Assembly: GCA_965637545.1 (NCBI GenBank) | Contig: OZ281500.1 | Location: 4,216,001 to 4,280,000 of the forward strand | Direction of reading: 5' to 3' | Length of the DNA: 64,000 nt | Source of the DNA: Phallusia mammillata | Lineage: Eukaryota | In this document: one piece after another, positions 38,901 through 50,900 of the stretch | How positions within the stretch are numbered: the first letter of the stretch is position 1 | Layout of the letters: every line of letters begins with the position of its first letter | Translations under genes and position numbers: made by a program | The notes under the pieces: model-generated | Databases searched by the model: none | The model's input: only the letters and a program-made list of their open reading frames with translations | Told to the model about the DNA's origin: nothing

Positions 38901-41900
38901 TAATAGTTCATGAATAATAAATGCAAATCCAAGGAAGGTTTTTGTTTTGCTATGATATGATCAATTATAGTGGACTGTAATAAAAATAACAATATTTTCT
39001 CTTTCTTGACTCTACGCCTTTAACAAAGTCTGACTGATAACTTTTTTTGAATTTACTTGATATTTTTGTTTATGTTTGCCACCAACCATTTATTCTATGG
39101 AAGCTGTTTATAGTTTAGTTCAGCCTGTTTGAAAAATAAAACATATAGTGGTTATATACAAGTGGTCATACATGTATACTAGTCATACATATAAAATAGC
39201 CGTTCCCCACTTTGTCGCCATCGCCAAAAGTTTTTTAAAAGTTGCTCTGCATCGCCATTTTTTCAATGCAAATTACAACGCTCTTGTTGGTTTAATCATC
39301 CGACCATTACAATCGTAATCTCATAGAATCAATACGTGACAAATGTTTTAACCGAAATACTGGCTTGTATACTTATGAATGATGGAAACGTTTCGAAATC
39401 CTGATTGATTTACTTCACTTCTGAAACTTGTCTTGAAAAAATTAACTTGGAATCTTAACAAATCTTTTAAGATATCGGGACGTAACTATTGGTCCTTCAA
39501 AGACCAGGTATCCATCTTAATTTCAAATTAGCATCTCTGTTATTGGCCTAAATGCCAGTACATTTGACCGTTGCGTGGCGTCATTGTCCAGAATTGTTTG
39601 TCAATAGTATAAAACTTACATCAAGTGACGTAAGATCACTGAAAGCTTTTTCCTCGATGGTTCTGACGTCACAATAAGCGAGCGAGAGTTGAACGAGTCG
39701 TTCCATTCCGGTAAACGAACCGGCTCGCACCCGCTGTATCTTGTTCGACGAAAGATCGAGAACTTGTAAATTCACTAGCGACCTCATTGAAGGGATTTCC
39801 CGCAACTGACACGAATTCATTCGCAGTTTCTAGAAAGAAGTTTTCAAAAGATACACCGTTGGTACTTAACAGATGAAATGGACAAAGTTTGACCAAAAAT
39901 ATAAAAACATCAAGCCAATAAATGATAATTAAGCCGCTGACTGTGCACGCTTTTTCTATTCTAAAATGTTTCATCAGTGCAGCTGGTGTCAAGACTTAGG
40001 TGCATTGACTAGTGTAACCACATTATGACACACCAAGCACTTTTTTTAAATTGATGAAGTATGTATGACATTTTATCCTGAAGTGTCGTTTACTGTCAAG
40101 TCATGTCGTCACCTGCACTGATGAGACAAAGTAGGTGAAAATAGTGTGAACAGTCTGCAGTTCAGCCGAAAACTCAATTCCCCAATAAACCAACGCAAAG
40201 TATTGTAAGTGTTGATGTTTTTTTAATTGGGGTTTGTAAGATTTACTTTGTTGGTTTCTCCCTTTTCGGAAACAAGTATCCGGTCCGGTAAAACCATAAT
40301 GTAAAAAGACGTTTTACAAATCTTTGGCATGAATACCTTAAATAAAATGCAGGGACCCTAATACGTTTCTACAATTTTGCACTGTTTATTTTCAAACTTC
40401 CTCTACAGGCTTTTGCACTCAAACTTTGGCTTACTTCGTTGTGTGGTTAAGGGCGGATGGAAACTTTTATGCAGGGGATTAAATCCCATGACAAACAAAA
40501 CCAATAATATAGGCTCTGTTAAATAAAACAAAAATAGATGTCTTTACTTACCCTGCTACGCAACAAAAGCAATCCTAAAATTTAACATCAATCTTTTTAT
40601 GTAGGTGCAAAAGTTTGCGAAAAGAATTTGTTTTCTTTGTCATAACCAATTCATCAAAATTACTAGATATTCTTTCAGAGTTACGCGCAATAAACAACCG
40701 GAGTATTGTTTTTGCCCTCTTAAAACAAAATGTGGATCGCCTAAGGTGTTTTTATCCATTAACCAAACATTTTTTTTAGTAACAAGCACTTTTTCCTATC
40801 TTATATCCTTGCATTTAATGCTACATTGGAATAGAATTGCCACAGCTTAATTACGCATTCAGGAAATGGGACGTCCTCGGCAAAGAGGCAATTATCCCTT
40901 TGTGGCGATTTCTTCAATTGCTGCGTTGCACAAGCGGTGCAGTAGTGGGATAGCGGTCGATAAACGTGCACTAGCTATTCATGAAACATTGTGGTAAATC
41001 GATCCCAATTAAAGGCTTCAATCGCGCGGATCGACAACCATGGGTTGTGATTTTAACAGTTTTATTTGTCTTTAGAGTTTAATTTTTTGCCAAGTCTATT
41101 TCAATGATAGAGAACCTATGTTGCAAGTATATAGTGCATGTAAGCATGCAGTACATTAACGGGCATATTTTTTTAGGCTAAAACTAACAAAACTCTTGTT
41201 TCTATAAATTATTTTCTAATTTTTTACTATTAAATGTGATGACGAGAATCTTTTAGTCACCAATAAGATCAAAATGAGCCTCTAGCACACCTTAATCTCA
41301 TAGTGATGCCAAAAAATATGTAATATCTCAAAAACTGATATTTTATTGTACACTTAACATTCGTGGAATTACTGAGTTTGCACGGTTTTATGTTTTTTTT
41401 TGCAACAACGCCCAATGTAAGAAACACCTATGGGGCCTAAATAATATATAGAACTGTCTGCTAACTTGTGTGTAGTCAAACCTCATTTGTCGGTTGTGTA
41501 GACAACATTTTGTTAATTGGTTCTCATCCAAGCAATAATTGCAACGTCGGTTTATCTGCATAGTATGAGATTTGGTTCAGGCTTTTCAACCTCACCGTTT
41601 ACCTTTTTACAGTTTTACATAAAAAGGTTTGTCATGTCTGTGGGCGGAATGTTGGATGGATATAACTGGTTGATTCTGTTTGGTCTAGGGTTTTGTTTGA
41701 TGTGAAAAAAGCAATTATTAGCTTGCTACTGCAGGAGTTGATTTTACACTTTGTGGTAATGTGTAAGATAACCTTCGTACCGTCTGTTGAATTTTACCGT
41801 ACGCCCAGGTTAAGAAGCGCTCGTTTGGCCTTTAGTTTGTTTAATCGGTTGAAAAAAACGAACGTTCAATTGTGTTCTTCAAGCAACGTAACTGAGACAA

Positions 41901-44900
41901 AGTTTGTTAAATAACTTTTACAACATTTTTCACATACCTCTAGTTTTTGCAAGCCGCTGAACGCTTGGTTCGAAACATAAGTTAATTCCCTTAGTTCCCC
42001 GATGTCTAAAGTTCTTAACGTTCTTCGCCCTTCAATGAAGTCGTACGCAAGTAGTTGTGTGATCGGGTTGTTGCGAAGCGACAGATATTCGAGATTTCCA
42101 AGCCTTGCCAAAGCCACACGCGGCACTCCAGTGATTCTGTTGCCAGATAAATCCAATCTTCGTAGCTTTTTCAAGTCCGAAAACGAGCTGCTCTGTAAAG
42201 TTGTATAGTTTGATATAGTGAATTGTTGTAAGGTTCGGTTGTATGGGCTGCCATTTTGTGACAATACCCATACACTGCAAGTCGTGGTTTCAAAGGTTTC
42301 ATTAGGCGTTATGTTTTGTACGACAAAATATGCCAAGTCCATTAAAATATGGCTACCTCATAAATTTGTTCTGTAAATGGACTGTTTTGCTGCAACGACT
42401 TTTAGTACTCGCCAATTTTTGAACCAAAATTTTAACATGATTATTCTGGCCTGTATTGTACTAACAATCAACATGCTTGATTTATTATACGTTTTGGTTT
42501 AGTCACATCAATCTTGACACTAACGAACATATCCGTATGTGATGTTCATAAACCACTATTATTTGAAGAATTTAACAATACCACCCTACAAGACCACTTG
42601 TGCTTGTTACACACAGCTAAAAATTGATTAGTAACAAGACATGTCCAATCCGATTTACAAACTTTCATCGATCTTCTCAAACAACACGATTGATTGGAAT
42701 TAATTATTTTCGTGTTTTACGAATTAACCCTGAAGACCTCCTAATCCCTCGATCTTTAGATCTTTTTTCACAACATGTCGTGAGGTCGCCACTATGTCCC
42801 TATAGGTCTTGTTTTTCGGTCAAAGGGTTAAGTTTAATTTGAAGCTTTGTTTTTTTTGTGTGTGTGATTAGATTTGGGGCTTTCAATCCAGACAGTTTAA
42901 ATAATAGCCGGTTTTCATCGGGTCCAAGTGACTTATTTTACTAAATAAACAACGAATTGCATATTTTGGCACATTGCACGTACGATTTCTGTGACTTGTT
43001 TTAAGTCACGTACATATTTATTTGAACCACCGAGGGGAAAGCTATCATTTCCTTTTGTTAATCCCATTCAGTCAAGAAACATAATCAATGTTACAAACAT
43101 TAGAATCTTATTCTCTGTATCATAATCACATACTCTCGCATACAAAAAAAAAACACAAACAATAGTTCTCGCTTACGGGGACTTCCACGATGACGTTGTT
43201 GCTCAAGTCGAGCGTGACGAGGTTGGGAATTTGCTTGAAGACATTTCGTCGCAATTCACGAATGTTGTTATTTCCTAATGTAAGTCGCTGTGTAGATGTT
43301 GGAAACAGCGGCGGTAATGTCCGAAGTCCATATCCCTCACAATTTACCTGTGAAGGCAAACAACAATAATATTGTGGTATAATTATTGGTATTTGACTGT
43401 AGATTTAAATGCAGAAAACGGTTATTTGTGGTATTCTGTGATAAACCTTTTTAGGCTCTTTTTTGTTGAGGTGGCTTTTCTATTCTCTTGCGTGTTTAAA
43501 TACACCATTAACTAAGCAAGCGTTTTTGAACGTTATATGGATGCTTCGTAACCATTTACAGATTAAACAGTAACAAGCTGAAATAATATGGCATGTTTTA
43601 GGATGCTCACAGCCTTATCTTTCACAGACTAATGTTTTAGTCCATGTACTCAAGGTAAAGAAAGCACGTTCAGTCAGTTTGAAACCTAGCGATGATGATT
43701 AAATCAGCAATTATTTAAACTAATAAACGTCTAAACAAAGTATACTTTTTTCACCATTCAAATGTTTATTTTAGTTTGCTAAGCAAAATATGAACAACTT
43801 AATGTGGGCTTTAAAACATGCGGATTGTTAGCTTGTTATAAGGTTAATACGACTGGACGTGTTGAACAAACGGAGGTTTTAATTAACGCTGTTTTGTCCA
43901 ACCGTGTTCGATAATCTGATCGATTTTATTTTAATTCTTTAACCAATGGTACTATGTCAGACATGTTGCCGGAATATATGTACAAAACAAAATCCCCAAT
44001 TCCAAGTGAAAAAATTAATTTGTTTTAACTCCTGGCTGACTTTAGTTTAATTTAGAGCTTGCGTTTTGCACGCATGGAAAAAATATTCTCGCAACATTAT
44101 TAAGATGCGCAATATTCCAGTAATGCATATTTTTATTGCCAAATTCCGCTTCATGAACGCTGTCGTTATGCCGCAGACGTTGGGTGTGCCACAGGGTTCT
44201 TCTTTATTACCCTTACGCTGAAGACGGAGGTAATTGCAGCATTACGACAACGCCAGTTTCCAATTGGCTCACATCAATAATTCACTTGCTCGATTTAACG
44301 TTCTTGCAAAAGTTCCCCTGCGTGACTCAGGTGGGCTTCTGCACCCGCAAATTGAAACTTGTCAAACATTAGTCCCTTTAATGTTCCCGCATACCTGCTT
44401 CGAGGCGTCTGCGGCGGAGGCCAAGTTGAGGCCATCTCGCTAAAACCGTTGGGTCTCTTTATGCGTTGACGCGCATCGTAAAGTATATGCATTGGATATC
44501 GTTTATTTTTGAATTGTTTAAACTACAAAGTCTTACCTAGGTACTACAAGACATAATATTGTTGTTCTTGTCGCTTTTGTACTTTGCGTTATCACGCAGT
44601 TTAGTTTCAAAGTAGTCACACCTATGCTTGATACGCGAGCCAACCAAAATCGCTTTATTTTAAGCAAACAAAGTTGCTTTTGAATAAACTATTCCTCACA
44701 GTGTTGAATGACAAAAGTACCTAGTTCCACAACCGTTAATTTTGTTCAGGTGGTAAAAAAAAACATTTTCAATAATAACTTGAAGAAATTATGATACCCT
44801 AGGCCTATTATAGGAATGGCTTTGATTCAAAGATAAGTGTTTCGTGGTCACTGGTCTGCATAGACTATAAACAAACTTGAAGAAATATTGACTTTGCAAT

Positions 44901-47900
44901 TCTGTTAAGTTGCAGCCATCTGGGTACTTCTCACTCTAGCCGAATCTTAGTAACATCCTTTAACATATTAAACAACACAGAAATATATCTTACCGTGTCA
45001 TCGTAACATTTGCAATCGGTCGGGCACTTGATTGACTGTGCTTCCACTTGTACACAATTATCCAAATAGAAACACCAATACGTTGCCATGGATACTATCA
45101 GTAGGCGTCGGAATCTGTTAAGCCCTCTCTTTTCTGCTCGGTCTCGATTTTGAACTGGTGCATGTTCTCTCGTCTTCGATCGCCAAGCTTTTTTCTTCGA
45201 GGCGGCCATGTTCTCTCGAGCGTAAAAGGCACGTGATTTTGTCGTGTGCTCTGATTGGCTGTTGCGTCCGTTTGTTGAAATGGTTGCAATGTTCAAAAAA
45301 TTGACGGAAGCAAATTATTTCATGTTTCGAAAAAGATGACTTTGACGTGGCGTTCGTTCTGTGGATGATTTATACTTGCCACTAGATGTTATGTCAGTCT
45401 TTTTGACATAGATTAGTTTTTTTGCGTTTTTTTACAGTGGGTATTAAACTTCTTTTGATAACCTTAAAGCATCTGCAGAAATACAAAATAATGTTCCAAA
45501 AGTACACCTTAGGTTTGTGCATAATGAAACTGAATGCCTCAAATTACCACTAAAATGCACTTCATTGTAAAAACTCTGTCCACTAAGAAATTTACAACGC
45601 CGTTAGTCGTCGCAAGGGAGCGCGTATTTTTACATCCTCCTCCAGACGCACGCATGGATTTATTTAACAATGTATTATTCATGACGTGAAGCGTTAGGAA
45701 AGCTCTGCCAATTGCCACCGTCGCATGCTTAAGCCATGACGTCAATTTTGTTTACCTACCCTAGATGGTAGTAGAACTAAACAAAACAGTTACAACAGCG
45801 TTCAATGTTAATGTAAACTCTTGTTTATTTGATATTATCAATGGTTACCAAGCTGTAAATACACAAAGCAGATGGTAAAATAACAATTTTCGGTTTCTGA
45901 TTTTTGTCATTGCACGCCTATTAATGTCTTACTTAAAAGTTTATTAAAAGAGATATTTCACGTTTTCAAGGAGTTGTAATGGTAATAAGTCCCGTTCTTA
46001 CAAAAAGGTAAAAAAATCACCCGTTTATATGCTGTATATACCTACAATCGCTATGACACATCGAATTTTTCGGGCAATTGAAACTAAATTCAGCGCATTT
46101 TTTCTGATAAGGAGATCTAACCTTAATCTCCATGTATCTCATCAATGATCTCGCGTTTAATTTCTACGAACCAACGCTATGTATATTCCGAGATCGGCGT
46201 TTGGAGAGTTAAGTGGCGCGCAAAGACTGGAAGATATCAATTATTTATCTCGATCAATGCACCACAATAAACAAGCTACCTCCAGGCACCATTTGCGCGC
46301 AGTGGTGACGAACTACGCTATTCCATTTCGCAGTGGGATTCCAAGGAAAGAGCAATTATGCGACTGGACAAACATTATAATCCCGTTATAATGCCCTGTG
46401 GTCGATTTTTTGAACTCTGTGTTCGCACATGGTATAATACCTTTGATTACGATTTTACTTTGAAAACTGAAAAAAATAGTTTTATTTCCGTTTGGTGAAT
46501 TTCCAAATTAGTTTCTAAAGCATTTTGTTGAGTCTAAAACGTTTCATATACGACTATCAGTGTAAGATTTATAAGGAATGTAATGGTTCAACTTAATTTA
46601 AACATAGAGATTTAATTTATTTTACAACGTTTCGTCAAGTGCTCATGCTGTCAACAATAATGCAATTCGATCAGTTGCACCCATTTAGATCAAGTTAAAA
46701 AAGTTATTGTGCTGTAAAGGCGCTAATGCAAACAGATAGCAGTTTTAATCTAAATTTCCCATTTCTACACCTCAAATTTCAAACTTGCTATTGCACAACG
46801 GTATAAATTACGTCACCAGGTTACGTCACCGTAGCGAAAACAAAACAGATGAATATTTCTCTGTTTCCTGTTGCGCGGTTGTTTACATCCGGGACTGGGT
46901 AAATAATTTAGACTCAGTTTCCCCATAAGCCTCTACAATCATTCTTGCCGTAAAAGCGTCTTCCATCGACCAACACAAATGCCAACCAGTGCCATTCTGC
47001 AACCAATCTACATCTTAAACACTTATCATGACTCATCAAATAGTCCAGGGACTCGTTTTTGTCTTTTACATTTTTTAGAACGCTTTATCGGGGCTAGTCA
47101 GTGCCAAAAGTAGATATAAAGCAGATAAATGTTGTTTGCCTTTATGTATATTTCATTTCTAAGGCACAATCGACAATGGACATTGTATGTACATTACAGT
47201 ACAAAAACTTAAAATTCATTACCAACATTTTAAATTGTCATGAATTGCAACTCACATAATGAAAGTTTTATGTGTATAATCCAAAACGTTTAATCGTCTG
47301 TTAGCTAATAGCGATTATATGGTAGCCTATTAACATAACCATACCACACGCCTTTTCTTTTCAAACTTGGACAATTTCAAGTTTTCAACTAATTATTCTT
47401 TTTAAATAGTCTCAAATCAATCTGTTCTTTACTACATATCAGAACACAAGCATTGCTTTATATCAAATTTTACGCGCATGTACAGCTTACGTTATAGATT
47501 CATCTTTCTTTGTCTACCATGGCATACTCTTCTCTGCCATTCAACTTTCCCATATCTTTATTGGTTAGCCAAAGATATTGATCGCCTTTGCAAAGCCCCT
47601 CTGGATTTCAGACGGCTGAAAAATAACTCAACTCCTCTCTGCTTGCTCTGCATATTATGCTTGAAGACATACATTTCTAAGTTAAACAACGTTAGAACTA
47701 TGTTTATGTTGCTGCTCGCAACAATGAACGCATTTGTTGCAATGGATAAAGATTATGCTAGACTATCTGAAGACTTAAGTGCAAAAAGTTGCATTGTATT
47801 GTGTTGTACACGCGCATATTTCTAGCCATTCAAACAAGCCATTTACTCTGTGTATTTTCAGACTTTTAGTCTTGCAGTATTAGAAATCTGTAGCCATCAC

Positions 47901-50900
47901 AGGGCAGAATGTTTCAAAATTTCAATTTTAAATTACCGTTTCTCTACCCAACCAGGCCAAACAGTTGGCGATTTTTTGTACCAAAACTACCCTACAAAAG
48001 TCTTGCACTCTCAGCAAATAATGTGCACTGCTAAAACAAAACCTTACTGAATTACTAATCGCATCACTAGTTAATTTACTAAAGGCCGCATCACTAGTTA
48101 ATAAAAAACAAATATAGCCACCGGTGCGTATGTTTACTTGCGCATGTATAAGATAAAAATATTGTATCCCCCTGCGCTAATTTTAAACCAGTTTCAAAAT
48201 CTGTATACCTGACCAAAACTACTTTATCGATGTAATTTCTGCAATACATGTATTATGTTACACGTCTGCGCATTCACATAAATAACAGCCATGGCCGTAA
48301 ATGTGTAGACCTGTTCTAGGTGCAACGTGATTGCAACTGTACGGTTAACTTTCTGTTGCTGTTCAAACCAATAAGATTTACTTGAAAAAACACCTTTTTC
48401 TGTCACAAAAGAGTTAATTTAGTGGCATACAAAAACAATGCACAAAAGTCAAAAAAAAAACTTTCCTGATGTGCAGCCTACCTTTAAACCAACCACCTAA
48501 TACCTGTGGTGGCGACCCTCACACTTTATGACCCGAGCAAGCACTCAAGGCCGAAAAAAAAACACTTGTCTTGTAAATCTCGGCTCGTCTTCGATTAATC
48601 AATTCCTAAACGTGGCCATGATCGTCAACCGTAGTCCGCCGCAAAACGAAATCCTTCTACTCGATGTGGTAACCATGGCCTCACTCGAGTAGATCTTTTC
48701 CTTGTAAGAAGCACTGTCGCTGTGATTTCCATAGGGAAATGGTGTGACCGGGCCCGCCAAAAAAATCGTTAAACCCCTACTGGCCTTTGGCAGATGATTT
48801 GGCAAGGTTGTGATGCGCTTTTGTGTTCACTTGCTCCTCGCTGTCTGCAAGTGCAACGAACACTCACTGTGTGTTGATTGACTCGGAGCGCGAAGTCAAA
48901 AATCTCCGATCAGTACAAATGTTATCTGGTGCAACGCAATGGATTTAAGATTGATATTTAACCCAAAATCCCACGACGGCCTATGTAAGAAAAGGTCAGC
49001 AATGACCTATATATGTTAGGTCCCTACGGTGAATCCAAAAACATAATAAAGGTTAATTTAAATTTGTTGGTTTATTTTGGTATTTAAAAACGCTGTAATA
49101 GATCTCCACCAAACAGTTTTTTGTCCCAAAACAAATTATTGCTCCACGAAAACACGTTAATCACTACATTCTTTCTAGTAGTATATGTGTCAAGTATCTT
49201 TGTCTTTATAAAATAATTTTAAAGGGTGCATTTTATACTCAAAAAGTGCCAAAACTTGTTGCCTGTGCATTATTCAATTTTCCTCAGAAGCAATATTTAG
49301 TATTTGTTTTGCTTGTTACGAAATTTTAAGTGAAGCATTTTGTACAGTGATAAGTTCCAGACCTACAAATTGTGTTTATCTAAAAGTGTAGATCATTCTT
49401 TTTCCGTCCAAGTGTCTGTTGACTAAATGAAACCACTTAGTATAACCATTGACAAATTACCCTTCGCTGTTATCGCCTTTTACCGCGCGCAAAAGTTGGT
49501 GTTAAACTAAGAAAAGCTGTTAGACCAGACGTTATAATTGACTTCGAAATGTAATGAAACTAAATACTCTTTTCGAGTTTCTATCTTTTGCATATTTGTA
49601 TTCACACTTGTCATTGACTTTAATGTTAGGTTTACTTCGTTTAAAAGCGTACAATCAGACCTTCTTTAGCAGTGCAAACTGATAACTAACGCAAAACGGT
49701 AATAGTTATTGGTCTACTTCAAATGTAAGACGCTGTGAATAGTTTTGCTTAAGTGATATTTACAAAGATCATGGGAAATTTTGGTCGATGCTTTTACTAA
49801 GAACAGATGAGAAGTTACGTCCGAACTGAAACAATTTGTTCAGCTCTTTGCCATTCTAGTTATCTCTATCAGCTTCTCCTGTGCTAACTGGGTCTTGCTT
49901 TTCAATCAACCACCTCTAAAAGCCTGCACCAAATGGCTTACTCCCAACTCTACCATGCGTGGTTAAAAAAACAACACAAAAAGTAGAGATTCAGACTTAA
50001 TTTCAACTAAATTGGAAGGGTAGCGACCCAATTGACTCCCCTATCGATTAGGTTGTAGCCTTGTCGAAGGGACACAAGTATTCAAATCCTATTAGAGGGT
50101 TTAGTCCAGATTTACTGTCTAAATAGCAAGAGTGATGTCTCACCAATGCCTTGTACTATCTACTTTCCCTTTCGTTACACATGTTAAACATCATGAAAAT
50201 TCAATTTAGAATCAATAACATCAAAACTTACCCAAAAGTAATCCTGTAACTTGTTTGGCAAGCGCACGCGCACAAAGTAAAAATCTAAACCCATGCACAA
50301 CTACCCCCCCCTCAATCGTTCTGACGTCACGCTTTGGGTGGGGGGGGGGGAGGTCGAAGTAGTTTGGCGAACCATTAACTTTCAGTAATGCTGTGACGTT
50401 GATTCGCTGTGACTGTTAAATAATTAAGAGACTTGGCAAAAATCTTGCGCTGGCTTTTTAGGTGCCTTAAAAACACCGCAAACGCGATCAGTTGTTATCT
50501 TACCATATAAAGGTCTGATCCAAATGTTAATTCCAAGAAAAAAACACTACATACATCAGTCACGTATCGCAAAGTAGGGTTACGTGTCTTTTTATGATAC
50601 GTTGCATTCGTGCGCTAACTTTGCATTGAATATATTTGTTCATTATGTACTTTAAATCAACAAGCTTAAACTAAGTGCAAATTAGAATTATAAATGAACT
50701 TATTCCTTAAGTGCACTACCATAAAAACCACATACGTTATTGTCTATCTTCTAAATTTCCATTCCCTAGATGTACTAATTTTCTACTTATTACCAACATT
50801 TATAACCGTAACACACTTAAACTGCAAGGTTCTGACTTAAATCGTAAGACAAAAGCAAAACAAAACCTGACAACATACTCGACTCCGTTTCGCACCGGTA

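Noticed and set aside
44931-45296. ORF-track start at 45296 and read-through past 44994 for the NGL gene
   Set aside because: 45296 is a TTG codon, the first ATG is at 45209, and the frame after 44994 is intron (GTAAG donor).
47478-47825. 115-aa ORF inside the large SND1 intron (also ORFs at 50711-51157 and 48599-48805)
   Set aside because: No recognisable domain or linking splice pattern; composition looks like random translation of AT-rich DNA.
50055-50080. SINE-like motif TAGCCTTGTCGAAGGGACAC (also GGTTCAAATCC near 56283 and an A-box-like motif near 14443)
   Set aside because: Fragments are too short and degenerate to delimit an element.
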